DNA of 64,000 nt from Trichosphaerium sp. ATCC 40318. Lineage: Eukaryota; Protista; Tubulinea. Numbering within the stretch: position 1 is the first letter of the stretch; each line of letters begins with the position of its first letter. The stretch covers positions 1-64,000 of the forward strand of contig JALMLS010000199.1 of assembly GCA_038496445.1 (NCBI GenBank), written 5' to 3'. Shown in pieces: positions 48,186 through 60,684 of this stretch. Under the pieces are notes generated by a model that made no database searches, had not been told where the DNA came from, and worked only from the letters and a program-made list of their open reading frames with translations. The position numbers were made by a program, and so were the translations under genes.

Positions 48186-50340
48186 ATGCTACTCGCTATA
48201 GACGTAGGAACGTCCAATATAAAAGGTAAGGGCTTATAAGGATTTGGACAGCTTTTCTCTTACAAACGTAATAGTGGCGTTAATTACGCGTCAGGGAGAG
48301 ATTTTAACGTCTTCAGAAGTTCATTGCCCTTCGTTAACGTATCCTGGTGGTAAAGTTGAACAAAAGCCTGTACAATGGTGGGATGCTACTAAATACGCTG
48401 TCTTACAAGTACAAAAGCAATCAGCGCACATTCCAGTTCGTACGGCTTAACCTCATTAATTTTGCTCAAAACCAATCAAATCTTCTTTTATTATCCGTAT
48501 AGTGGGTCATGAGACGAGTGGTGATCCTTTTTTCGCATCACGTGTGCTGTGGTTTGCATATGTCTTAAATTAGGCTTTAGGTATTGACGGCGTAGCTGTA
48601 ACAGGTCAGATGCAAAGTTTGATTACTTTGGACGAAAGCGGTTGTATTCTACACTTACGCGCGTTATTACACTCTGATGTTAGAGCCACTGAAGAAGCAA
48701 AGGCTATAGAAGATAAAATAGGTATTGATAAGTTGAAACAGATCGTTGGAAACTGGAAAGGAGCAGCAAGGTAACTTTGTTTCGAACCTAGAAAAAAAAA
48801 AGATAGACACTTTTCTAAGTGCCTTCCGTAGTATACCATCAAAGTGGTTGTGGTTAAAAAAGCATCTGGAAGAGACTAAAGATGCACAATTCTTACATAA
48901 AGTACTTCTTGGTGCTCATGACTTTTTGTATTTCTTGATGACACGAAAGGCTGTTGTTGATTACACCAATGGTACTTTTTTTTTCTGCTGATGGCATGTT
49001 TTTTGCTGACTTTCTTGTTAGCTTCTACTACTGGTATGCTAAATATTAGAACCCGTGAATGGGCTACGGACATCTTAGATACTGTTGGTCTTGATACAAA
49101 AGCACTTCCCCCTTTATCACATGTCACAAGAGCTAAAATTAGAACAAGCGCTTATAAATTTTTATTCCCTGTTTCAAAGGCAAATAAATGTGCTTGGGAA
49201 GTATCTACAAGTGTACCTGTATTCCATTGTGGCGGTGACATAATGACAACAACTGTTGGTGCTAGCGCAGGACTAGCTGGTACCGTCTACGGGTACCTCG
49301 GAACAAGCGGTATGCAAGAAGAAATTTTTTTATTCTTAAACTTTCTCGCAGGTTGGATAGCAAATGTGGTCAATGGATTCCCACCACAAACACCTACTGA
49401 TGAATGTTTCACATTGTGCCATGCTTTGAAAGATAGTTATATTCGCGCATCATCAATGGTATAGCCCAAAAACATCAAAAAGTGCTCAGTATCCGAAAAA
49501 AAGTGTTGTATCTTCTACTGCGCTCTTTCTTACCTTATTATTAAATTGCTAATTGGATGTTTACTAATTCGTACTGCTAGGCAACAGTTGGAGGAAATCT
49601 AACATGGTACAGCGAGACATGTGGAATGGATCTCGACTCTTTCTGCTCTCTTGCTTCTACGGCTTCGCCAGGATGTGGTGGTGTAGTTTTCATGCCACAT
49701 TTGAGCGGAGAGAGATCACCTTTTATTGACCCAAATGCAAGGAGCTGTTTCATTGGTTTATCAGCATCCACATCAAAACCTGAAATGTGCAGGCAAGTTG
49801 TAATATTTCTCGTTCATCTAAGATTTCTCACTTTTATGATTGTTGCCTTACTTAAGTGTAGGAGCGTTTTGGAGGGTATTGCTTTTGGTGTAAAGAGCCT
49901 AATGGGTCCGCTTGGTGTAGATGTTAAGGAAATGATAATTGTTGGAGGCATGACAAAGTCTGATGTGTTTTTACAGATTCTGGCAGATGTTTTGGTACGA
50001 TTGGTTTTTTTTTGGTTTGACAAAAACTAACATGCTTGTTTAGGGTATAAATCTTGTTGTCCTTAAGTGTTCTGAGCACGTTGCCACACTTGGAGCTGCT
50101 ATACAAACAGGCGTTGAGCTTGGTTGGTACAAATCTTTGGTACCTACAGGCGGTGAACACTTTGCTGTGTTGAAGAAGGTTCAAACTGAGGAGGTACAAG
50201 ACATTATTCGAAAACTAGATTCTGATGAGTTTTAGGCGAATAAAGCTGTTTATGATAGTACCTACGGTGTATACAAATCTTTGTACCCCAGCCTTAAAGG
50301 CGCTTTTAGTAGTTTGGCGAGTATTCATACCTCAGACTAA
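48186..50340 (+). CDS. FGGY-family sugar kinase, bacterial XylB-like xylulokinase
   Basis: MLLAIDVGTSNIK, VEQKPVQWW, AVTGQMQSL, ASTTGMLNI...W, GGD, YLGTSG, PHLSGERSPFIDPNARSCFIGL, RSVLEGIAF, GGMTKS...QILADV. Confidence 0.88.
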
Positions 50341-50835
50341 TAAAATGTCATCAAAAAAATCAGATTGTTTGATATGCAAAAATTTTCTTTTAAACTAGCA
50401 TTTGCTTTATAGTTATGTGGGTGTAAGGTATTCATTACAGTCGGCATAAGTAAAGTTGAGCAAACAGCAATATGTGATCAGATTTACGAGAGGGGGATTT
50501 GGATCGTGATGGTACGCAGTTTAAAGGCAAACAAAATTTTTATAGACAACTTTCCATGCATGGTGCATAAACTAACTATCTTAGGTATGTTCGTATCAGA
50601 CGATTGTCGCAGTTTTAAATCTACCTTAGACTACAGACGGTTTATAGTTCTTCACTAAAGGATCAACAGTCAAGATAATTAATGACTGCCAGAATTATGT
50701 CTAAACCTTAATTGTATAACACTACAAGCTGGGAGTCAAATCTATGTAAACAATAACCTGTACTACGCTGTTAAAGTAGCAAAGGAAATGTTTAGTCTTT
50801 TCTATTTATTATTCTATTCTCTAAAGTTATAGGTA

Positions 50836-52180
50836 TCAACAACCTGTACATGCTAATTGTCCGGATGGTGTCATACAAAATCTTGTAGCCTCTAAAGGTG
50901 TACGACATTTGAAGCAATTAAAGCAGCTCAAGTGTACTTTTTTATCTGAAAATTGCAAGTACTTTCCACCATCAATATTTTGACGACATACGATGCATCC
51001 ACCAATATGACTGCCCTCTAACAGCGTAATACCCTACAAAATAAAAATAAACACGTGACCGTTTAATAAAAAAACGTGACAAGCTCAGCAGTTGTCATGT
51101 GGGTTTTTTTTGTATCATACCTGTTTCTGTTTAGCGCAAGGTACACAATATGGTTTTTGCTCAACGTTGGCATGCTGACCTTCGCCAAGGCTTTTGTTAC
51201 AGGATGTACATGTAAAACACTCGAAGTGCCAAACGCGATCCATGGCGAGTATTTGTCTGCTGTCTACTATTACATCGCATTTAGGGCAATACAAAGACTT
51301 GCAATTGAGGTGAGCCATTTTTCCATTACTAAATTTAATGTAATTGCCGACAATCCCTAAATAGAAATAAATACGCGGCGCCATTGCTGGAAAAAACTAA
51401 AACAATCACGAGAAAGGAAAACAGAAAATAGGAAAAACAAAAAAAAGTAAAAACTCTTTTGAAGTTTTCTTCCGACCTTCATGGCATCTGAAGCAGTTGA
51501 ATACTTTCGGAAGACAATCAACGCAGTAAGGTATTTTATTTGCTAAGTCCTCATAGTACTTCCCTAAATTATAATATCGTTAGGATCGGGGAAACGGAAT
51601 TGTAGTTTTTTTTTCTTTTTTGTTTCTCCTGTTTTTGTAGTAAACCACGTGATTAATTTCTACGTTACCTGATCCTATATTCAAGCGTTTACCGCAATGT
51701 CCACAACAAAAGCATTCTATATGAAAGAAAACACCCATAGATTCAATATGATCACCTATACAATCTACACAGAGGTCAGATAAAGAGAACTAGAGGATTA
51801 TTAAGTTTGTTATCGAATGTTACCTCTACCGCATTTTTTGCATTTATTGTAAACTATCTGCGACCCATATGCGCCTCCTCTTCCGCCGGGCAATCCTATA
51901 GAAGCGTAAATTTTTCATCCTGTAAAACTTTTTTGGGCAGTTTGTTCTGTTTTCGTACTAATCTGTTCCTTAGGCCCTCTGACCAGTTTGGCATTGCCTT
52001 CAGCAATTTTCAATATCATCTAACGAACATTACAAAACATCCAAACGAAAAGATCGTTGCTGTAAAGCACGCGCGAAAAGTAGACTAGAAAGGCAGAAAA
52101 CGAGCACTTACTTGTTCATAATCAGATATCATCTTTGGCACTTTTTCTCGGGTAGCCCGCGGTTGCCATTCATATGCCAT
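50836..52180 (-). CDS. Multi-LIM domain (paxillin-like) protein
   Basis: CKKCGR...FFHIECFCCGHCGKRL...YCVDC; CPKCDVIV...WHFECFTCTSCNKSL...YCVPC; CIVCRQNI...VHLSCFNCFKCRTPL...ACTGC*. Confidence 0.88.
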
Positions 52181-52499
52181 GTTTATTTATTGTATTTCTT
52201 TACAGGAAAATGAAAAAAACGGGCCTCTTTGTTGCGTTCTTGGGTGACCGCAAGCTTTTTGTGGAACACGTGCACTTTTTTAATATATTGAGAAAGGTAT
52301 CCCGAAAATAACAACCAATCTCAAAAAAAGTAATCACGTGACGTAGTACAGTCGATTTTTTTGAAAACAAAGTGCAGTTGTGTTCTTTTGTCAACGCGCG
52401 GTAAAATTACAGTGAAATGCAACTAGCGCGCTTTATGGTGGTCGCAAGTTTTTTATTTAAGCATAAGGAACAACCTTAGAACTTAGAGCGGTTTTTTTT

Positions 52500-55400
52500 C
52501 TAACGTCTTGGATTATTTCTCTTTGCGTACTTGCTAGCGTACTTTATCTTCCCGTGCCAAAGAGCTTTCTTCCTAGCTGTAAAATCTATAGCCTTTTGGT
52601 GTCGTTCTCTAGCCTCAAGAAGTTCTTTCGCTATTTCTGGGCCAAGGTCTTTGAATTCTGGCAACCCAACGAATTGAGTGTATTTCTCTACGAGAGCAAT
52701 GTTAGAGTATTCAGTGTATTAAAAGAACGCACTAGAGACAAATCGCTTGCATGCTGAACGAAGCATGTCGCAATCAAACATGTCTGCAGACCGGAAAAGA
52801 ACCAAGACGCTGTCGTCATTGATATACTTTAACATTTCATGCTCGCACCTAAGAAATGAGTTTAGTAGAAATTTTATCGGAGGATAGGACAAGGAGAAAG
52901 GCCTATGTTTTGTGAAGAACGGGGTACCTGTTCTTTAAGGACACAAGATCATAAAGTGTTGCTTGACACATGAGATCAAAAATTAATTGTACGTCATCAC
53001 GTGGTAGACTGTCAGAATAAATATATTCCATTAAAGCCAACAACACTGGAAATTCAATATCCTAAAGATTGTTAGGCCTTCTTCAAAGGAGCAAACAAAA
53101 AAAAACATTCATGTTTTTTTCCTACTAGTGAAGTCATGAATACGTACATGCAAAACAACAGCTACTTCTCTACTCTCTTTGAAGTATCCAGCAAACATGG
53201 TCTTGAAGTATGTAGACCTCGATGCGAGAATTCCTCTATGTCCAAAGAAGTTCTGTTCACCAACTCTAACAATGACATCTAGATTTTTGTTATTAGTGTA
53301 TGCAACCACTGAAAATTGTATTTCTAGGATATCAATAGTACCACAATAATAACGATGTTTGAAGGCCCACAGTAGATTTGCATTAAACGTAGAAGCTGGA
53401 ATAATAACACGCTTGTAAGTGGATTCACACAAAGAGGCGAGTTGATCTAATCCAAGAAGTCTAGCTATTGGTTCAACATGTTTCGCCTGGTATTGAGTTA
53501 GGTAAGAACACCTGAACGTATCCAAGCAAGAACGCATACCAATCTGGCTGTAATAGTTACAGCATCCTCATATATGTAGTTTAAGACTGTTCGAATAACA
53601 GGTTCATCAATGTCAGTCACATAAATATCTGAGTGTTTTTGTTTATAAAATTGTTGGTATTGTTCCTTGCGGTCATTGTTAGTTTTCAATGCGCAGTGAG
53701 GTATGTTTAGAACTACCTTTTCAGATAGAAATTCTTCTTCAACGTTGTGAAGCGGCTCTTCGTTCTTGGAATCAGAATTGTCATCTTTACTTTCTTTATT
53801 TTTATCTCCCTTTTCACCTTCTTCTGGTTTCTCAGTTGTGGTTTTCTCCTCTACAGCCTTAACTGGTACTACAGTTAATAAATTTGAGGTTCTACAAGGT
53901 GTATCATACCTGGTTTCGAAGATTTAGCTTCATCAGGGACAGCATCTTGAAGGAGAACAAGTTGTCCATTTGCAACAGCTGTAACTTTTCTAGGTCTTTT
54001 TAGTGTACATGCTTGGTTCCTATTGCGTACCCTGCAAACATGTTTCTAAAAGCCATACAACGACCAGCAAGGATAATTTTATGTGCTTGAATCTTTGTTG
54101 CGCCAACATGAAACGTAACATCTCCAGTTGCCTTATCATCAAGAATAGAAACAAGATCTTTTCCAAGCGTTGACAAAAATGAACCTAAGTACACGTAATA
54201 TAGTTAGTAAACTATATTCAGATATTCAATAACACTCACTTGTATCAAAAACGTTGTTAAGAACAAACAGCTATGAAGAAGCGAGTTAAGAAATTGTCAG
54301 AAAAACTCAAATAAAAACCCTAGCCAGCTTGTTTTGTTAATGTACCTCTTCTGTGTGCTGAACCTTATTGTGTCCACCAACCATTATAATCTTATCGTAC
54401 AAGCGTACCATACTCTGAAGGCCTCTAGGTTTTGGTACATCACCTCTAAAGAATTGTAATGAGGTACCATCATATAACAATGTTGTGAACTCATACCTTA
54501 CTGCTAGAGCTACAACGCTTAGCGTTTTAGTGTTAATAATAAACATGTTGTTAATTGGTACACCATCAGAGAAGCCTCCAAATACCAATATACTCGTTTG
54601 AATCACAGCACATGAATGATATGCAAGTGGAGGTAGTGCTTGTCCAGAAACTTTATGACAGTTAATTACTATTCTCACAAACAGATGCAAAAAAAAAAAA
54701 GTAATAACTTACGTTCCAAGCGCCTCCATGTAATTGTACGCATATCGAGACAATATACATCACTGAAAGCGCCTTTTTTGTTGACTCCACCAACAACGTA
54801 CATGTCGTTACGTATTAGCGCAGCTGTGTGAGAAGCTCTTGGTGAGGGTATATTACCTTGGGTTCTAACCTTTAGTGTCGTATTTGACTGTGCTTGCATA
54901 CCTTTAGCATGAGGGTATAGCCATTTGTAATACTGTCTTGTTGTTTTTTTATCGTTTTCCAAGCGCCTCAAGGTTAGGTTGACAGATCCTGGATTGGTAC
55001 TCAGTCCATAGAGGGTATTACTTACACAAATTAGTGATGGTAGGGAGAACTCTCGTACTTAAATTGTGTGGCTGAAAGACGACCTCCCCAGATATACACG
55101 ACGCCCCGGTACAAGACAGCAGAGTGATGAGATAGCTTAGGGACATGAGAGTCATTTTGAATAAGCGTAGGAACAATGTGTCGAGCACGAAAGCGCTGAA
55201 GCAAGATTGTCAGTACTTTCTCTTAAAAACTTGTATCGTGCCTTTTTACCAGAACTACCTGAAAACATATCTAATTTATCAGAACACCCACACCACTCCT
55301 TTTCTACGTCAACAAGAGAATCAACCCTGCCCTTACGTTTTCGTTCATTACGAGTTAGATTGCGTGCATTTTCATTAACCATAAACTGGTTTCCCTTGTG

Positions 55401-56572
55401 ATGTTCTCCCCAAACCATTTCATGATGTTCTCTGTTTGCTGAACAAAACAAAGTAAGCAATCTAGCTAACAAATTTTCTTCGTTTACCATTGTGCAAAAT
55501 GTGAACTGCATTTCTACGACCTTTCGAAGTAACCCCACCAATAACGAAAACTCTAGTACCATCACTACCTAATCACAGATATTATCAACACACAAAGGAC
55601 TTTCATGTATATCAAACCTTACTTAAAGTAGAAGTATGGCCCCATACTTTTCCGACATGCTCTTGGCCGGCAATGTGAACACGCTTTGAAGCAAATGTAC
55701 CCATATCAATAATATTAGCAGAAGCATCAATCTACAAAAACTGTTTGTATATTGATAACAAAACAATCGTTTTAGTTCCTCATACCTGAGTGCCTCCAGT
55801 AATCAACAACCTTTCATTTCCTTCTACGTTTGCCTGAGGTATAAGAGTGGCACTTTAGAGAATATTTAGTCGAGGTTCAATAAAGAAAATACTGTACCTA
55901 TGCGAGGAGCATCCATAATTCACATTCTCATCTTTGGATGTGTTAGTGCTAAATTACATTGCCTGGTTGATGGCTTGTTTTAACGTACACGATTCCCAAA
56001 ACATGTGGTTAGACATAAGACTTGGTCTGAATTTAATCTTTGCATCTGGATCAAGAATAACCTATTGACCAGTTCTTAGTTTTCACATCACGTGATACCC
56101 GTACCTTTGTGACTAGAAGCTCTTCGCGTACGCGCTCTTGTGATGAATGTAAGGACAGCTGGAGTTAGAGTCAACAACATCTGTGAAGAATGGTGGAACT
56201 GAACCTTTGACACATCAATTTTTTTGACATTAGAATAATCTGTTGGTATGAACAAGTCTTTGTCAATCTTATATAAAAACGTTACGCTTATTACTAAAAA
56301 AAGCATCATCAGGGCTTACGCTTGTTTTAAGAAGTTTAGATCCTGTAGCTTTGAAATACTCATCTAAAGTTAGTTTCTCATTGTCGCTATCGTCGTCATA
56401 AGCGCCGTATCTAACGTTCTAACAATATCGTTGGTATTTTGCTCAAAATGGACTACAAACCTCATCTCCAGAGCTTATGTACTCTTCTTCGTCGTACTAC
56501 GGCAGTTACAAGGTTAGAATACGCATTTTGAATTGATGGTAGCATAATAATGCTTACATAGTACTCAGCCAT
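52500..56572 (-). CDS. Kelch-repeat + tandem BTB protein (LZTR1-like)
   Basis: Kelch blades (PSPRASHTAA...MYVVGG; PPLAYHSC...LVFGG; PKPRGLQSM...VGG) and two BTBs (DVTFHVG...AHKIILAGRC; DVIVRVG...GHRGILASRSTYFKTMF). Confidence 0.87.
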
Positions 56573-56754
56573 GCGCTTTTTGCGTTTTAGGCGTCGGTTT
56601 ATTGAAAAACTCAGCTTAACGTCCGAAAACTTAAAAAGACAATGCAGTGAAAAGTGTCATTGTTTTCCCTGTATTAAGAATGCTGTATTACTGAAACACC
56701 ATTTTTTTTGTTTGATAACCGACGTGGGGTACTGATGTACATGAGTTTATCATT

Positions 56755-57860
56755 TTACGAAAGAGATACTGTGTTACACATGTTAGGGTTGTTCGTGAAA
56801 TCTTTAAAAAGTTTATCAACTACCCATGTGTTGTCAATGTTCTTGTTGTTCACCTCAAATAATGGAAGAGCAACGTATCCATCATGTCTTATATTTGGTA
56901 ATCCGTTTGGTTCCAAAAACAAGTTGTAATACACGTATCTGAGAAAAATATTAGATTAGAAAAGCCACGCGTCCAGTTCAGAACAAGTTGAAAGAACTTT
57001 GAAAAAAAAACCAAAATATCTTACCCTGAGAAATCCAATGAGTGGCTTAGGCACACTTTACCTTTGGCCCAGTTGTAAGATCCAGATGGATCATCTCCTT
57101 TCGACGACGTGATTTCTGTAACGTACTGCTTTCTAGGTTGAAATTGCTTAGTGTCAGCCAAGCTACCTCCGTAAAGGTGCCATCCAATAATGTCATTTTC
57201 TGATTGAGTGTTGTTTAGAACTTTCCACGCGTATGCAATACCCTCAGAGGTTGGATTGTGATCAAAGACTAAAACGTTGATTGTGGGATCAACTTTCGTA
57301 AGTTCATTTCTAAGAGATACTGCTCTATCTGCGTCCAAGTTGAAAGAAGGATAGCCATTCGTAGCGTACATTGGTTCGTTTTGCAAACTCAGATACGAGA
57401 TGTTAATGCCTGCTGTAGCGTAGGTTTTATGCCATCCAGCGAGCACTTGTGCGTACTTTGAGGGAAAACCCGAGTTATTTGGGATTTGGCAAGGGCTGTT
57501 TTGGTTGTTTTCGCACATGTGTTGCGGAGGAGACCAAGGAGAAGCCATGAATTGAACGTGAGGAGCCAATTTGATCAGGCGTTGTAGGAAAGGTATTTTA
57601 ACATTTCTGTCGAATACGGACCCATTGGCATCCCAGTCGTAGTTAGTTAGCGAATAATCGCAGGGGCCCACAGATAGACGTAGCCACGTAATGTCTACAA
57701 GCGCTTGCTGGAGTACACTGTCGTTTAACGTAGATCCAACAGAAATAGAGGAATCAGAGAGCATAGCTCCAAACAGCAAGGTGTTGGCGTTATTTGAGCG
57801 AACACCACTACAAACCGCAAGGAAGGAAATAAGAACCATGTAAAGTGTTAAACGATGCAT
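56755..57860 (-). CDS. Secreted glycoside hydrolase family 30 (glucosylceramidase-like), compact
   Basis: Signal peptide; WLRLSVGPCDYS, FMASPWSPP, SLQNEP (acid/base), VFDHN, GWHLYGG, YVTE (nucleophile), YNLFLEPNG. Confidence 0.85.
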
Positions 57861-58085
57861 TAGAGGGGAAATTTCTGTATCTGGTAACAGTCAACCTGTT
57901 TGTGGACAATTACACATTTCACTACCAAAACAACTCAGAATAGCCTGTCTACTAGAAGCATCATTTGTAATTTACGTCGTGAAGCGTAACTAGAGTCTTA
58001 GGCAGTACTGTAATCGCGTATCCGTTGTGTTTTTATATTTACATTTGAGGAGATTTTGTCAGCCTCTGTATCTCTCTAGGGCTAA

Positions 58086-58826
58086 CTAAACGTCTTGCAG
58101 TTCATATTTCATTATCCTGATCTGATCTAACACTTCATTAATTTCAGTTATAGACTCAGCGATATTCCTTTGAGCCTCTTCAATCCGTCTTTGCACTATT
58201 TATTATCAAGTCAGTAAGCAAGCAAAAGATTTAGATGGTCACGTCAACAAACGTACTGACTGCTTCCTCAAAACCTTCATAGTCATCTCTTTTTTTACTA
58301 TTCTCTTCTACTAGAAGCTGCATTTGTATAGTCTAGCAAATAAGCAAGTAAGCACAATGTTCTAACAGCTTTTTTTGAAAAGAAAAAAACACGTGCCCTT
58401 TGCAACTGAGTCTTTTCTTTTTGTTGTAACTCCTCTATGATTACTGTGGCAATGTCTGCGCCTTTAGTATCTTGTAGTTTTGATGCAATTTTTTTAATGT
58501 TATTAGATATCGTTGCAAAGTTATCTGTAGCAGCTTTGACGATAGTTTGGTATGTTTGAAGGTCTCCAGTTTTAAGATAAATGTTAAATGCTCTAAATGA
58601 TCGTTGATACGCCGTTTCAATTATTCAATAATACGTCGTACGTTTCCCAGTGCTTATACCTGCACATTGTTAGTCAATATATCACAAATCATACAAACAA
58701 GCACAAACACGGCCGTTACGCGTTAATTACGCGGTTAACGTACACTCGCGGTCTTAATTCTTGATTTCGCTCGAATTCAAACAATAATTCTGCTACTGTC
58801 TCTTCCTTCTTTTCTTCTATGCTCAT
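58086..58826 (-). CDS. REX1B-domain (required for excision 1-B) helical protein
   Basis: ELLFEFERNQELR...YQRSFRAFNIYLKTGDLQTYQTIVKAATDNFATISNNIKKI...IEELQQKEKTQLQRTIQMQL...ITEINEVLDQIR. Recognised from memory of the family pattern. Confidence 0.65.
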
Positions 58827-58942
58827 AGCGGCAAGATACTAATATTTAATAACAAACAAGCTTAAAAAGGTACAAATGCTGTAGTACATACTTGCGTGAT
58901 GCTATTCAATGGTGGTGGTCGTTTAACAAACATATTGCTTTA

Positions 58943-60595
58943 TTACTTGTACTTCACCGTGTTACTACGCTTCTTGATTTTGCGATGACTAATTCTGACT
59001 GTCACCACGTGATTTTACCAACGTTCTTTCTATCTTTGTACCGCCTAGGTTGTTTCCTTCGACCGTGCGTATTTATCTTAATACAGCTTGCTTGTGTTGC
59101 CAATGTACTTGAGCTTTTTTCTCAGTTGCATGTCTACACTTCCACAAATAGGCGACTTGTTCTAACAACCAGAGATCTGTGGTGTATTAGTGCTAGTCTA
59201 CCATTATTTTGGTATTACCTTTGAAGAGGGCGTCTGCGTTGGTTAGAAAATTGGTGCCACTCCCAATCGTAGTTGGCGTATGTTGATAATGCTCTGGGCC
59301 AATATCGCAATAACCCAGCTCCACCAAGGTAGGACAGTTGTGTTCGAGAAACGCGATACCAATCAGTAGGACGCTTTATACTCAAATTTCGTGCGACACC
59401 ATCAAGAAAGACATGTACATTTTCTTTTGATTGCCAATAGTTATTTAATCGTTGCCCTACACCGAACCCATCAGTTCAAAACGCAAACCCTCTTATCAAC
59501 CGTACTAAAGTCAGAGGTTGTCCACTGTTTTTCAGGGTAAAAATCTTGTAACATACTTTGAACAGAGCCATTATATTGACTAGCAAACATTAATGAACAA
59601 GATATCAAAAAAAAAAGCAACGTACTTTGTCACAAGCCCACGTCCGTTTTCCATTACCACACTTGCTGGAACTGTTAACCATTGATCCAATGACTTTATA
59701 TCATACTTTTCTTCTAACTACACAATAATGGTAAGTCATCAAAACAAAAAAAACCGTACGTGACAAATAAACTTTATTTTGTTTTCTTCATTCCTCCAAA
59801 ACGCAGCTGGTACAGTACCTACGAACATGTGTAAGCCTTTAATGAAATCCAACCAACAACACTCACTGAAATCCCACTCTTTCCACGTGAAATTAGGATA
59901 CACTGCACTCAAAAGCTTGCATAAGCTATCTCCTCTAATTTCAAGTCAAACAAGTTGGTTTTTGCAATTAAAAAAAGCAACCTTAGTATTGTAGCTCCTC
60001 CAGCTCGCTCGACATCATCACGTGCAATGTGATGCCAGTCATCTAGAGTCTTTATTTGTTTGGAAGCAGCTACCTACCATAGATAGGGTAAGTAAAGTCT
60101 TAGCGGACACTGTTTGCACGTGTTCTAGAAATCGCTTTTTATTTGCGATACCGTCCCAAGACCTTCGCGGAGCACGCTCTGTTTGAGACAATCAATGCAT
60201 CATGTTAACGTAGTGAGCGTACCAAACTTCCATGGCATCCATTCATGGTCAGTGTACACAAACTTCAACATGTCATAGATTGAATAGTTGAAATACCTTT
60301 TAGTACGTATAAGAGAGGCTAGTGACGCTCTATCGACGTACTCATTTAATAAACCGTAGCCGCCAATAGATTTTATGTTATCAGTACTTATTTTGTACCA
60401 ATCGTTCAAATCTTGTAGTTTGTACTTCTTTTCAGCCTGATAGCGCGTTATTGTGAGTATTGAATGTGTTTGCTCATGTACCTTTCTAATAAGCTCTGGA
60501 AGTCTATCAGGACGCTGCCAGAGGAAACTAGCTTGCGTGTCAGGTGATATATAGGGCTCATTAGCTTGAGCGAACCTATAAGGTAGCGCGCGCAT
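58943..60595 (-). CDS. Uncharacterised Trp-rich ~70-aa tandem repeat protein (4 units)
   Basis: Recurring W-x7-F-x8-I-x3-DWY-x8-GG-x2-LL-x2-Y-x2-S-x4-L-x2-YP-x3-W-x2-W-F over several exons. 3' end approximate. Confidence 0.7.
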
Positions 60596-60684
60596 TACAC
60601 TCGTACGCGTGATACTTAGCCACGATTATAATGTACGATTTTGGCTACCAAAGTTACAGTTGGTTGTAGCAGCTTCATTTTCAC

